In this document: positions 28,404 to 38,306 of the stretch, one piece after another | How the letters are laid out: the number at the start of each line of letters is the position of its first letter | How positions within the stretch are numbered: the stretch's first letter is position 1 | DNA from: an uncultured Verrucomicrobiae bacterium | Lineage (GTDB): Bacteria; Verrucomicrobiota; Verrucomicrobiia; Chthoniobacterales; JAFAMB01 | Direction of reading: 5' to 3' | DNA: 64,000 bases | Assembly (NCBI GenBank): GCA_963762565.1 | Contig: CAVXLD010000003.1 | Span: 64,001 to 128,000 of the forward strand | Translations under genes and position numbers: made by a program | Notes under the pieces: model-generated | What the model saw: the letters and a program-made list of their open reading frames with translations, nothing else | Databases searched by the model: none | Told to the model about the DNA's origin: nothing

Positions 28404-29403
28404 GGACCATGCGAAACCGAGCGTTTCCGGCTATCATCTTGGCGTAGGCCTCTGGCGCTTTCTCGAGCGGAACCGTTTCGATCATGGCGGAGACGCCGCT
28501 TAGAGCACTGAAACGAAGGGTTGCATCACCGGTTGCCGGATCACCAGTGAGAGCGCCTTCCAGCTTGCGGCTCCCAAATATTAGGTCCATGCTCGACACT
28601 TGAATCGGCTCTGGTCCGATGCCGACAACGATCGCGGTTCCATTTGGACGCAGTCCCTTGAAGGTTTGAGAAACGACCTTACCGCTGGAAGCTGTTATCA
28701 GGATAACCTGTGCGCCGCCGAGCGCCTGCAAAGCCGCAACGGGATCGGTAGCAGCGGTGTCGATATAGTGGTGAGCACCGAGCTTCTTGGCCCGGTCCGC
28801 CTTGTCGGCGCCGCGGGCAATTGCAACAACCTGAAACCCCATGTGGCGAGCGTATTGGACTCCTAGATGGCCCAAACCGCCGATGCCAAGCACCGCAACA
28901 ACATCGCCGACCTTTGCCCGGGCGTCTCGGAGAGCGCTGAACGTCGTAATGCCTGCACAAAGTAGGGGAGCAGCGGCAGCCGATGACAGATCGTCAGGGA
29001 TGGAGACCAGCCCGCTCGCTTTTGCGATCATCACTTCGGCGTATCCGCCGTCATGGTGGATCCCGGTAAATTCCTGATTTTTACAGTTCACCAGGTCGCC
29101 GTTGCGGCAGAACTCGCAATAACCGCAAGAGCCCGCCAGGAACCCAACCCCCACACGCTGGCCGACCGTCCAACCTTGAACACCGGACCCGAGCGCATCG
29201 ATCTTTCCTACGACCTCATGGCCGGGAACCCTCGGCCATTCGATGGCAAATAGTCCATCAACCGTACCGGCATCGGAGTGACAGACTCCGCAAGCTGCGA
29301 CCCGAATGCGAACCTGCCCCGGACCAGGATCTCTGAGTGGCTTGTTTGCCAGAGAGAATTTTCCGGGCTCTGTGACCTCGATCGCCTTATATGTTTCGTT
29401 CAT
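28324..29403 (-). CDS. Zinc-dependent alcohol dehydrogenase, paralog of 1175..2197
   Basis: GVCHSD, GHE, CGYCEFCRNGDLVNC and GIGGLG. Start MNETYKAIEV at 29403; the upstream extension is repeat A. Confidence 0.92.
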   Translation of the reverse strand: MNETYKAIEVTEPGKFSLANKPLRDPGPGQVRIRVAACGVCHSDAGTVDGLFAIEWPRVPGHEVVGKIDALGSGVQGWTVGQRVGVGFLAGSCGYCEFCRNGDLVNCKNQEFTGIHHDGGYAEVMIAKASGLVSIPDDLSSAAAAPLLCAGITTFSALRDARAKVGDVVAVLGIGGLGHLGVQYARHMGFQVVAIARGADKADRAKKLGAHHYIDTAATDPVAALQALGGAQVILITASSGKVVSQTFKGLRPNGTAIVVGIGPEPIQVSSMDLIFGSRKLEGALTGDPATGDATLRFSALSGVSAMIETVPLEKAPEAYAKMIAGNARFRMVLTMDESRKAGERVGWRSPRAQGTSAD

Positions 29404-29465
29404 AGTGCTTTCTGTTGTGCGAATGTTAGTTCTTGGGTGCCTAACTTGAGAGCACTCGCAAGGCG

Positions 29466-29680
29466 CTTCGTTCTCGTCCTCGCCCTTCCGACTTCGCCCA
29501 CGTCCCGGTTGTGGAGCGCGCCTCGCTTGCGAGGCCGACTTCCAGCGGTTGGCAACATAGACCATGGGCTTCGTCGGACAGGCTGTCCTCGAGTCCGGAC
29601 ACGCGGAGTGATGGAGTGTGGGAGTGTTGGAGTACTGCGCCAAGTCCGAAAAGCATCCGCCTTGGCGGATTGGAGATGCT
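29466..29680 (+). repeat. Repeat family A with insert
   Basis: Matches 856-1045, plus terminal hairpin ATCCGCCTTGGCGGAT. Confidence 0.9.
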
Positions 29681-30037
29681 GGAGGTGCGAATGATTCCTT
29701 GCCGAAATTTGGCGGTTGTTGGTGGGTGGCTGTTCTCTAAGCAAACGGAGACCATTTGATCTTGTTCTGGGTCATTACAAAAAAAATCAGATACTACCCG
29801 TTCGTGCAAAAACGCGGACGCAAGGTTTTTGGTTGCTGCTACTGGACGAAATAAAACTCCCTCGTTCGAGGTATCGTCACGATTGTGGAAGGGATTATGT
29901 TACAGACGGGCGCGTCTTAAACATTGGATAAAGGTAAAACTCGCAGAGAATTTGTTTTAGATGTCCGAAGTGATTGCGCTGAAGAACCCCGGGCGTTCAA
30001 GCCCACTCGGGCGTTTCGTGTGGTCTCGTTAGCGGCC

Positions 30038-30055
30038 CATAGGCGTCAACTTAAG
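30038..30055 (+). mobile_element. Solitary IS4-family (IS231-like) terminal repeat
   Basis: CATAGGCGTCAACTTAAG resembles IS231-type ends (CAT...TCAACTTAAG); no partner end or transposase seen. Confidence 0.4.
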
Positions 30056-30374
30056 GGGCGTAGCAGCAGGCGGCGTGCACGCACCACCCCTTGCGGAGGG
30101 GAGCCGCATTAAAATGGTTCCGTCCTTGGACCGAGAAAAGGAATTATAGCGAGATGGGCCCAAACGCGTGGACTGCTGCGGCTCCCTGTGCGCGTGGAAC
30201 AACCTAGAGACGCTATCAACCCCAGCGTGTTGAGCGTGCGTTGGGTTCTGGGGCGTCGCATCTCATCGAACGCCATCCCAGCAAACGGTCTGTTTGCGCC
30301 GACATCCGATAGATCTTAAGACGCGGAATGCAACGCCCCTCCGGGCTGGGTCCTGGTGGCGTGCCAGCTGCTGC

Positions 30375-30524
30375 TACTCCGCTTGGCCGGATTCGAGGAC
30401 AGCCTGTCCGACGAAGCCCACGTTCTATGTTGCCAAGCGCTCGAGGTCGGCCTCGCAAGCGAGGCGCGCTCCACAACCAGACGTTGGCGAAGTCGGAAGG
30501 ACGACGACTAGAACGAGAACGAAG
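30375..30524 (-). repeat. Repeat family A with insert (inverted)
   Basis: Reverse complement of 11608-11760. Confidence 0.88.
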
Positions 30525-30553
30525 CGCCTTCAGCGCTGAACGCTAAGGAATTT

Positions 30554-31648
30554 CTAGGAGGGATAAGACGATTCTGGCTGACGCCGGATGCGCAGGGCCA
30601 AGCGAATTTCCCGGCGTAAGCGGGCCAACGCTTCGCGGGTGATCACAATATCATTTGCCCGATGCTCGGTCCATTCCCGTGCAGCGGCCTGCAACCTCTG
30701 GTAGCTCCCTCTGATATGCTCTGCGGTTCGTACGGAGAGGGCGCTGTTGGTCAGATGTTCTCGGAGTTTCCGTTCCGCTTCAGCGAGTTCGCTTAGAATG
30801 ATCTTCTCCGATGGGACGGTGCGAAGCTGCTTGACCAGGCCGATCTTGGAAAGGAGCCATATAATCCATTTGGTCGGGTCGATCTGCCACGACTTTACCC
30901 CGTTGCGGTAGTCGTGCTGAAACTCGTGATGGTAGTTGTGGTAGCCTTCTCCCAAAGTGATAATCGCCATCAGCCATGAGTCGCGGGCGCTGCATTTAGA
31001 CGAATACGGTTGCGAACCGAGGTAGTGACAGAGCGAATTAATACAAAAGGTACAATGCTGAAGAACAACCACACGTAGCACCCCTGCAACCAGCAGAGCT
31101 CCCAGCGCTGGTCTCCAGCCACCCCAGGCAAAAGCGATGGCGCAAGGGAAAACGAAGGCCGTCGCGAAAGCAATGATGTTGATGTGGCGATGCTGCCAGA
31201 GGAGAAGTGGATCTTTTTTCAAATCAGCGACGTTCTCCAAATCGGTTTCCGGTCTCAACTTGAACATCAGCCAACCCATGTGCGCCCAGAACAGGCCTCT
31301 CGAGATACTATAGAGGTCATCGTCGTGATCCACGTGCTTATGATGATTTCGATGTTCGGAAGACCACCAGAGGACAGAACTTTCAAACGCGCCAGCTCCG
31401 AAGACGACTATGAATAGACGCACAAGCCAATGTGCCCGAAAACTTAGATGCGAAAATAGGCGATGGTACCCTAAGGTGATAGAGAACCCGCATGCAAAAA
31501 GCATGAAGAAAAACAATACAACTTGGAATGCGTCGATTCCGAAGAAGTAGAGATAAACCGGTACCGCCGTGAGCGAAAGAAACAGGGTACTGATGAGGAA
31601 TGAACTAACGAGCCAATTAACTCTTTTGAAAGGAAACCGAGAAAACAT
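30554..31648 (-). CDS. Acyl-CoA Delta9-type desaturase
   Basis: GYHRLFSH, HRNHHKH, GEGYHNYHH and DPTKW. Confidence 0.92.
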   Translation of the reverse strand: MFSRFPFKRVNWLVSSFLISTLFLSLTAVPVYLYFFGIDAFQVVLFFFMLFACGFSITLGYHRLFSHLSFRAHWLVRLFIVVFGAGAFESSVLWWSSEHRNHHKHVDHDDDLYSISRGLFWAHMGWLMFKLRPETDLENVADLKKDPLLLWQHRHINIIAFATAFVFPCAIAFAWGGWRPALGALLVAGVLRVVVLQHCTFCINSLCHYLGSQPYSSKCSARDSWLMAIITLGEGYHNYHHEFQHDYRNGVKSWQIDPTKWIIWLLSKIGLVKQLRTVPSEKIILSELAEAERKLREHLTNSALSVRTAEHIRGSYQRLQAAAREWTEHRANDIVITREALARLRREIRLALRIRRQPESSYPS

Positions 31649-31669
31649 AGGGGGATCTGGAACATTGCC

Positions 31670-31945
31670 TCAACCTGGTAGGGCATCAAACGAGGATGTG
31701 CGTCGTACAGCATGTACGCTGAACTGATTCATGACCTCCTGAAAAATACGGGTTTTGCTTAAGCCGTGGTCGGGGCCGGCGAGACGCTCACATCCTGTAT
31801 CACTAATGATTAGAAGACTACCGCTGCACTTGTAGACAGTGAAAGTCCTCTCCTGGCCAGTTAAATCATCGATGCCGACTAATTCCCCCCACAGCGCCTG
31901 AGCAGAGTCGTTCATTTTATCGGAATCAATTTTTCCTGGTTTCAT
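31670..31945 (-). CDS. Hypothetical protein
   Basis: ATG ORF MKPGKIDSDK...; no motif recognised. Confidence 0.35.
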   Translation of the reverse strand: MKPGKIDSDKMNDSAQALWGELVGIDDLTGQERTFTVYKCSGSLLIISDTGCERLAGPDHGLSKTRIFQEVMNQFSVHAVRRTSSFDALPG

Positions 31946-32149
31946 ATAAAGAAACAGCAAGCTGCGCTTAGAACCAACCAGCCACCGGCAATCAACTAAG
32001 CACAATCGCGGGCGAAAACTTCGATCAGATTCGATAAATAGCAAGAAAAGCCTCTTTCGGAGGCGTGGCGTCTTAGCTTAGCAGCCAAACCTTCATCGGT
32101 GGCGATGGAGAGAAATGTTTTTCTGGGAAAACCCAGACCATTGTCCACC

Positions 32150-32518
32150 TTAAACGCTCGCGCCCGGATTTTTTTGTCTTGCTTGCCCACGTTTATCAAG
32201 AAGCTCCTGAAGATGGGATGGCTTCTTAATGACCCACGCGCGGCACCCATCATCAGCCAGCGAGGTGGGCTCACCAAGCGACTCAAGGTTTTTTACCTTT
32301 CCTTTGGTACAAGACACCAAGCTCATGTGGTATTCTGGTTTGTTTGAGCCATCCGCGTACCTGATTTCTGATGCTATTTCGTAGGCTCTCGTTTCGAGGC
32401 TGATTTTTCTGGCGTTAAGGTCGGCCACCGCCGTGTCCGGGATTTCGATCATCAGGACGAAACGTGGCGAATCAGGACGAAGACCTCGTGAAAATTCAAC
32501 TCGCATGAGAGTGGGCAT
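32150..32518 (-). CDS. Hypothetical protein
   Basis: 122-aa ATG ORF; no motif recognised. Confidence 0.45.
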   Translation of the reverse strand: MPTLMRVEFSRGLRPDSPRFVLMIEIPDTAVADLNARKISLETRAYEIASEIRYADGSNKPEYHMSLVSCTKGKVKNLESLGEPTSLADDGCRAWVIKKPSHLQELLDKRGQARQKNPGASV

Positions 32519-32616
32519 TATAAATGCGATGGTCGTCTAGCGTTGTCTCAGAAGCAAGTCGGGGACAAAAAGTCTGGTCAAAGGCTTTTAAGAGCCGGCA
32601 CACAGAAAATATCCCA

Positions 32617-33582
32617 TCAACGGCGGGTTTGGCTGGAATGCGCCCATCTTTGCGCCGCAGCGTCTAACAGCAAGTAAAAGGCTTGGCCCTCCGCCGCGAC
32701 GCCGGGCTTATCAAAATGCGGCGATCCGCAAACACCCTGCACGAGGCCGAATCGGTCCACTTTGCCAGAAACGGCCTGCTTAAGCGAGCGTGCGGGTTCT
32801 TCATATTCGTCGGGCAGCCACCCCGTAGCCAACCCACGATAAATGGTGTAGGCCAACATTTGCGATAAATTCACCTCCATGAAGCTTCCGGGATCATCGA
32901 CAACATCGTGAAACAGCCAATCAGACCGCTTGTATTCTAATAAGGAGTCAACGAGCGAGCGTGTGATCTGTACTAGTTCTTGTTTTTGCGAGGACATTGT
33001 TTCAGGCAGCAGGTCAATTGTTCTAGCGAGCCCGGCGGCAGCCCAACCGTTTCCGATGCCCCAAAAGTCTTTTCGCACGAACGCCTGCTTTTCGTCGTCC
33101 CATCGATGACTGAACAGCCCTCTTTGCTGGTCAAACAACGCGGTCCGATAGCCATCGATTTGACGGAGCGCTTCTTCCGGATGGCCCGCGGCTGCCAGAT
33201 ACGGCGGCAGCATATACATGGAGTCAATCCAAAATTCCGGACGATTCGGAGTGTGATACACCACTCCATTATGATTTCGGGGCGCTGATTTGAGCGCCCA
33301 GTTCAAGAGGGAGTCACACGCATCTCCCAGATCCTTATCGTCCGTTTCCCGAAAGGAAAAAATCAATGTTTCTCCGACGCTGCACGGATCGGTTATCCCT
33401 TCGTCCGGACGGATCATGGCGGGGCGGCCGTCCGGCATTCTGCGGTTAGCGGCTTCTTTAGCGAGTGCGATGACCACATCGCGGTCGCCCTGTTCGAAAA
33501 AAGCATCCATCGCGACGCCTTGTTCCCATGAATTCCGCTGCATGGACAACAGGGCCAGCTTTACCAGATCAATCGTTTTCAA
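32617..33582 (-). CDS. Glycoside hydrolase GH88/GH105-like
   Basis: WIDSMYMLPP, GLFSHRW, FWGIGNGWAAAG and FHDVVDDP. Confidence 0.85.
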   Translation of the reverse strand: MKTIDLVKLALLSMQRNSWEQGVAMDAFFEQGDRDVVIALAKEAANRRMPDGRPAMIRPDEGITDPCSVGETLIFSFRETDDKDLGDACDSLLNWALKSAPRNHNGVVYHTPNRPEFWIDSMYMLPPYLAAAGHPEEALRQIDGYRTALFDQQRGLFSHRWDDEKQAFVRKDFWGIGNGWAAAGLARTIDLLPETMSSQKQELVQITRSLVDSLLEYKRSDWLFHDVVDDPGSFMEVNLSQMLAYTIYRGLATGWLPDEYEEPARSLKQAVSGKVDRFGLVQGVCGSPHFDKPGVAAEGQAFYLLLDAAAQRWAHSSQTRR

Positions 33583-33640
33583 AAAGAGGATCCTTTCGGG
33601 GCTGATAGATTTTAGCGTAGGGCTCGCAAGCTCACCCTAG

Positions 33641-33947
33641 CAGACTGTTGAAAAACGGATAGGCGACGAGGTTTAGCCGCGAAGCGGCGATTCATGATAG
33701 CCTAGGGCGAAGCCCTAGGAATAAGATAATAAGGGGTTTAGCGCTGAAGGCGCGTATCAATTTTGCGTGCGTGCTTCGATCCTGTTGCCTGGCCAAACGC
33801 ATATCGGGGCCGCGCCGATAATTGAAACGCACCTTCAGTGCGTGGCCCATTTTCAATGGGTTCCTAGGGCTCCGCCCTAGGCTATCATGAGTCGCAACTT
33901 CGTTGCTAGAGACTATGCGTCGATGAGGCTCCGTTTTTCAACAATCT
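33641..33947. repeat. Nested palindromic element: IS-like terminal repeats around a REP-like doublet
   Basis: AGACTGTTGAAAAACGGA / TCCGTTTTTCAACAATCT outer arms; inner arms ATGATAGCCTAGGGC.../...GCCCTAGGCTATCAT and CTGAAGGCGCG/CGCACCTTCAG. Confidence 0.85.
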
Positions 33948-34093
33948 TAGAATCCGTTCGCGCCAGCACCTGCGTACAAATCCCGGTGGACCAATACCTT
34001 AGTCCAATAGCATCAGGCGCGGCCGAATCGTACGGTCAGTTGCTTCTAGGCGTAAGCGTCGGCTGCGCAATCAAATGTATCTCTGTCTCCGAT

Positions 34094-36034
34094 ATGAACT
34101 TTGGCGAACTCCCTTCCGAAGGTGATCATCCGGCTAACCCCGGCCGCAGCAGCCGCCGCGAATTTCTCGGTCGGACCATTCGCGGCGGAGCCCTGTTTGC
34201 TGCTTCCTCGGTCCTCGGAAAAGAGGCTTCCTCACCTGAAGAACGGACTAAGTCTCAACAGACCGATTTAACTCAAGACCGGTCTCGGCCGGCTGGCGCA
34301 ACCACCGCTGATCTTTTGGTCGAGAAGTTAGTTGAATGGGGTGTACAGGTGGTTTTCGGCCTCCCCGGCGATAAGATTGCGCACGTCATGGACGCAATCC
34401 GGCGGCGCCAAGACGAAATTCGCTTCATCCTGGTCCGTCATGAAGAAGGTGCTGCTTTTATGGCGGGTGGTTACGCGAAGGTTACGGGTAAGTTGGGCGT
34501 TTGCCTCAGCACAGCAGGCCCGGGAGCAGTGCACCTACTCAACGGGCTTTACGATGCCAAATTCGATGGAGCTCCGGTCTTGGCCATCACCGGCGCGCCG
34601 CCTCGCGCGCTATTGGGCACCCGATTTACGCAGGGCGTGGATACGATCAGCCTGTATGAAGACCTCACGAGCGGAGTTTACAACGAACTGATTACCAGTC
34701 CGTACCATTTGCTTTTGGTCGCGGACACTGCGCGCCGCGCTGCCCTCGCGTATCGAGGGGTAGCTCATCTCAGTTTTCCTATCGATGTACAAACCAAACG
34801 GCTTGCTGATGACGACGAATCGCTTGGCGCGGATGTGCAGCCGGCCTCGGCGTCGAGTTGGGTGCCACAGGTCGAGGCGCCCGCACCCGATGCGGTCCGG
34901 GCAGCCGCCGATTTGCTCAACGCCGGACGCCGTACCGTCCTTCTGGTTGGTCAAGGTGCACTCGGGGCGACCAAGGAGGTAGAGGCCGTCGCAGCCCGCC
35001 GGGCCGCGCCGGTGGCCAAAGCGTTTCTTGGTAAAGCGGTCATTTCCGACTCTTTTCCGTACTCCACGGGCGGCATCGGAGAGTTTGGCACCACGGCTTC
35101 ATCCGCAGCCATGCGGGGCTGTGATACTTTGCTCATCGCCGGCTCAACTATGCCCTGGTTACACTACTACCCCAAGCCCGGACAGGCTCGCATTGTGCAA
35201 ATCGACCGTGACCCGACGCGCCTCGGGCTGCGTGCCGCCGTTGATGTTGCCATCGTGGGCGACGTGCGTCGGACGCTGGCGGATTTGCTGCCGCTCTTAG
35301 AGCCGCAAACAGATCGCACTTTTCTTGAACAGATCCAAGCCAAGATGAGCGAATGGAATGAGGGATTGCATCGGATCGAGACGAGTTCAAAACTGCCGCT
35401 CCAACCGCAATTTGTGGCGCGTCAGTTATCAGAGCTGCTCGCTCCCGATGCCATAATTACCTGCGATTGCGGAGCTAACACGTTCTTTGCTGCCCGCCAT
35501 ATCTCCATGGTGACAACCCAGAAACTGGTAGCTGGCGGAAACCTCTCCACCATGGCGTGTGGACTCCCTTTTGTGATCGGCGCACAATTCGCCTATCCGC
35601 AGCGGCAGTGCGTCGCCTTCGTGGGGGACGGCGGCTTTACCATGTTGATGGGAGAATTCGCCACCGCAGTAAAGTATAAGCTTCCGATTAAGGTGATCGT
35701 GCTGAAAAACGATCACTACTCACGGATAGTTAGCGAGGATCAGACACTCGGTATTCCACCGTTCGGAACTGAGCTACAACCAATTGACTTTGTCCGATTC
35801 GCCGAAGCCTGTGGAGGCGCCGGTTTCGCCTGCGCGCGGCCGGAAGAGGTGCGCCCTGCGCTTGAGGCGGCTTGGCGCATCGCGGACCGGCCGGCATTGG
35901 TGGAGGCGACGATCGACAACGACGCAGATGTATCTCCGCCGGATGAATACCTTTCGAGAATCTTAAAAGGCACTTCGTTCTCGTCCTCGTCGTCGTCCTC
36001 GTCCTCGAATCCGACACGCGGAGCGATGGAGTGA
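34094..36034 (+). CDS. TPP/FAD pyruvate oxidase/PoxB-like enzyme with N-terminal Tat-like signal
   Basis: VFGLPGD, VRHEEGAAFMA, GPGAVHLLNGLYDA and GDGGF..N. SRREFL before a hydrophobic stretch. ATG 33887 lies inside a repeat, so 34094 is preferred. Confidence 0.88.
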   Translation: MNFGELPSEGDHPANPGRSSRREFLGRTIRGGALFAASSVLGKEASSPEERTKSQQTDLTQDRSRPAGATTADLLVEKLVEWGVQVVFGLPGDKIAHVMDAIRRRQDEIRFILVRHEEGAAFMAGGYAKVTGKLGVCLSTAGPGAVHLLNGLYDAKFDGAPVLAITGAPPRALLGTRFTQGVDTISLYEDLTSGVYNELITSPYHLLLVADTARRAALAYRGVAHLSFPIDVQTKRLADDDESLGADVQPASASSWVPQVEAPAPDAVRAAADLLNAGRRTVLLVGQGALGATKEVEAVAARRAAPVAKAFLGKAVISDSFPYSTGGIGEFGTTASSAAMRGCDTLLIAGSTMPWLHYYPKPGQARIVQIDRDPTRLGLRAAVDVAIVGDVRRTLADLLPLLEPQTDRTFLEQIQAKMSEWNEGLHRIETSSKLPLQPQFVARQLSELLAPDAIITCDCGANTFFAARHISMVTTQKLVAGGNLSTMACGLPFVIGAQFAYPQRQCVAFVGDGGFTMLMGEFATAVKYKLPIKVIVLKNDHYSRIVSEDQTLGIPPFGTELQPIDFVRFAEACGGAGFACARPEEVRPALEAAWRIADRPALVEATIDNDADVSPPDEYLSRILKGTSFSSSSSSSSSNPTRGAME

Positions 36035-36095
36035 TGGAGCGTTGGAGTACTGCGCTAAGTCCGAAACGCACCCGCGTAGCGGGTTCGAGAATCTG
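35973..36095 (+). repeat. Repeat family A, empty form, overlapping the 3' end of the pyruvate oxidase-like gene
   Basis: CTTCGTTCTCGTCCTCGTCGTCGTCCTCGTCCTCGAATCC with no insert; encodes the poly-Ser tail. Confidence 0.88.
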
Positions 36096-36156
36096 AAGCA
36101 GTGCAGCGCTAAAGGCACTCGAGTGAGAGCGATACTCGCATTTAGTGCCGCCAACA

Positions 36157-36560
36157 TTACTTGACCGATTTCAGCAAACTCTGCCGCACGGCCTTGATCT
36201 CGCGTAGAAGTTTGCGCAGATCCGCAAGAGAAAGGCCACTCGCCGCGAGAATACATTGCGGGATGCCGCGGGCTTTCTTTTGCAGGGCGCGGCCGGCATT
36301 CGTCAAGCGAACTCGGACCTGGCGTTCATCGGCAGGATCCCGGTTGCGGCTAAGATACTCGATGGCCTCGAGGCGCTTGAGGAGCGAGGGTACTCGATTC
36401 TAGAAAGAGGGTTTCTCCCAGTTCTCCGACGGTTTGGTCGTCTTTGCCCCAAAGGGAGAGCATCACGAGATATTGCGGATAAGTGAGACCGAGCTCGTCG
36501 AGAAGCGGCTTGTAGACCCGATTGAAGGCGTGCCCAGCCGAGTAGACGCTATGTAAAAAT
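36157..36560 (-). pseudogene. OhrR-like MarR regulator, frameshifted and 5'-truncated
   Basis: VYSAGHAFNRVYKPLLDELGLTYPQYLVM...LESSTL / shift near 36385 / LKRLEAIEYLSRNRDPADERQVRVRLT. Confidence 0.8.
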
Positions 36561-36599
36561 CCGCTGCAAACAGACAATCGGGATGGTTACCAGCATTTC

Positions 36600-36845
36600 C
36601 CTAGTCCAGGAGATATTACGGTCGAGGTTCGAGACTCGGGACCGGGCCCCGATCCGGAACATCTCAATCAACTTTTCGAAGCCTTTTATACGACGAAACC
36701 TCAGGGTCTCGGCATCGGCCTAACGATCAGCCGGACGATTGTGGAAGCTCATGGAGGACGCCTCTGGGCGAAGCCGAACGAGCCACGCGGAGCGGTCTTT
36801 CAGTTCTCGTTACCAGTCCGGAGGTTGGTGCGGACATATTCATAG
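36600..36845 (+). pseudogene. Orphan HATPase_c C-terminus of a sensor histidine kinase
   Basis: Manual translation VEVRDSGPG...LFEAFYTTKPQGLGIGLTISRTIVEAHGGRLW...GAVFQFSLP; no start codon or HisKA domain. Confidence 0.85.
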
Positions 36846-36894
36846 GTGCAGGAGTTCAGGAGTTACAGGGGGAGTCAGGGGGCCACTATTTTGG

Positions 36895-37821
36895 CTATCC
36901 GGTTGCTTCGAGTTCTTGCAGAAGTGGCGGCCGGTGAGACCCGGCCTGCTTGGCGGCGGCTATGAAATTTGTGGTCGATGTCGAACGCTTCGACTTCCTG
37001 TAGGCGATACCCACAATGAGCGGCGGGGGCGAAGGACGAAGGGGGCGAAACTTTAGTCGCGGCCCGGCGAAGCAGGTGAGGGCTTGTGACACTAGGGCGA
37101 CGCCCCGACCCCCCTCGAGTGCAGCGATAAGGCTGGTGGCGCTGTCGAATTCTTCCGCAATTTCTGGCGGGCGATTCAGCGGTGCAAACACGCGGTCAAT
37201 AATTTCGTGATAATCGGGATACTCGGAAAGCGTGACCGCAAGAAGACGTTCCTTTGCGATTTGTTCCAATCCGACTTTGCGCACGCGCGCCAGTGGATGC
37301 GCCGGATGTACGGCCAGACAGAACGGGTAGCGCTGCAGTTCCTCAAAAACCAAGCCGGCTGTGACTTTGATTGATAGCGACTCCAGCAGCGCAACCTGTA
37401 ATGTTCCGTCGACTAGACCAAGAAGCATTTCTTGAGTCGACAAATCGTGAAGCCCCACCTGTACGCCGGGACTAGACTCGTGGAAATATTTCAGAGCACG
37501 CGGAAGAAGTTCCACCGCTAATGAAGGCGCGTAGCCGACCTGAATCTCGCCGCGCTGTCCACTGCCAACGATTTTCGCCGTTTGCACCGCATCGTCCACT
37601 CGCTGCAGTGCCGCGCGCGCCTCCGGTAAGAACGCTCGCCCGGCATCGGTCAGCCGCAATGCTTTGGCGCTGTGCTCGAACAGGGCAACGCCAAGTTCGT
37701 CTTCGAGATCCCGAATTTGGCGGCTCAATGGAGGTTGCGAGACATGCAGCTTCGCTGCCGCGCGAGTTATATTTTGCAATTCCGCAACAGCAACGAAGTA
37801 GCGCAGATGGCGGAGTTCCAT
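36895..37821 (-). CDS. LysR family regulator
   Basis: MELRHLRYFVAVAE...LHVSQPPLSRQIRDLE; divergent from the hydrolase cluster. Confidence 0.93.
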   Translation of the reverse strand: MELRHLRYFVAVAELQNITRAAAKLHVSQPPLSRQIRDLEDELGVALFEHSAKALRLTDAGRAFLPEARAALQRVDDAVQTAKIVGSGQRGEIQVGYAPSLAVELLPRALKYFHESSPGVQVGLHDLSTQEMLLGLVDGTLQVALLESLSIKVTAGLVFEELQRYPFCLAVHPAHPLARVRKVGLEQIAKERLLAVTLSEYPDYHEIIDRVFAPLNRPPEIAEEFDSATSLIAALEGGRGVALVSQALTCFAGPRLKFRPLRPSPPPLIVGIAYRKSKRSTSTTNFIAAAKQAGSHRPPLLQELEATG

Positions 37822-37997
37822 TTCGGCAGCATATCTGACGGGTATGGTTAGCCAAGCAACAAAGTAATTTTCCCTTTCATCGGCGGGGGCTAGTTCTTTC
37901 CTTAGGACAGTCGTCCCAAAGCAGCGGGCGTCGGCTATTGCCGGCACGGTCGAACGTTAGTTCAAATGGATAGCTAGTTGGTTGTAGAAAAGAAACA

Positions 37998-38081
37998 ATG
38001 AGTCGATACCACAAACTCTATACTCCGAAAGACAGCGCTATTTGTCTTCATCGATCACCAACCGCAAATGACATTTGGCGT
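37998..38081 (+). pseudogene. Duplicated, frameshifted 5' stub of the downstream YcaC-like gene
   Basis: ATGAGTCGATACCACAAACTCTATACTCCG...ATGACATTTGGCGT aligns with 38307-38389 with one extra T. Confidence 0.85.
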
Positions 38082-38306
38082 AAGGCGATACTAAATTTCG
38101 TAAGTTCGGGATACCGTACCGTGTCGACAGGTTCAACTTTAGTGCGTAAGTCTCTGCTGTAGAGGCACTAACCGTGCGTTAGAAATGCTTGGCACGCAAT
38201 GTGATGAGCGCGTTCTACACATAGCTAAACCCCAGAAGCATCGTCGCAGGGCAGACCCTGCCACCAAAAAGTTTAAATTATCAGAACTACTAATAAATCG
38301 CAGACT

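Noticed and set aside
33887..34093. Long N-terminal extensions in the ORF track (33887, 29643, 44634, 40784, 41895, 37947)
   Set aside because: They start in or run through repeats or neighbouring genes; downstream starts match family N-termini.
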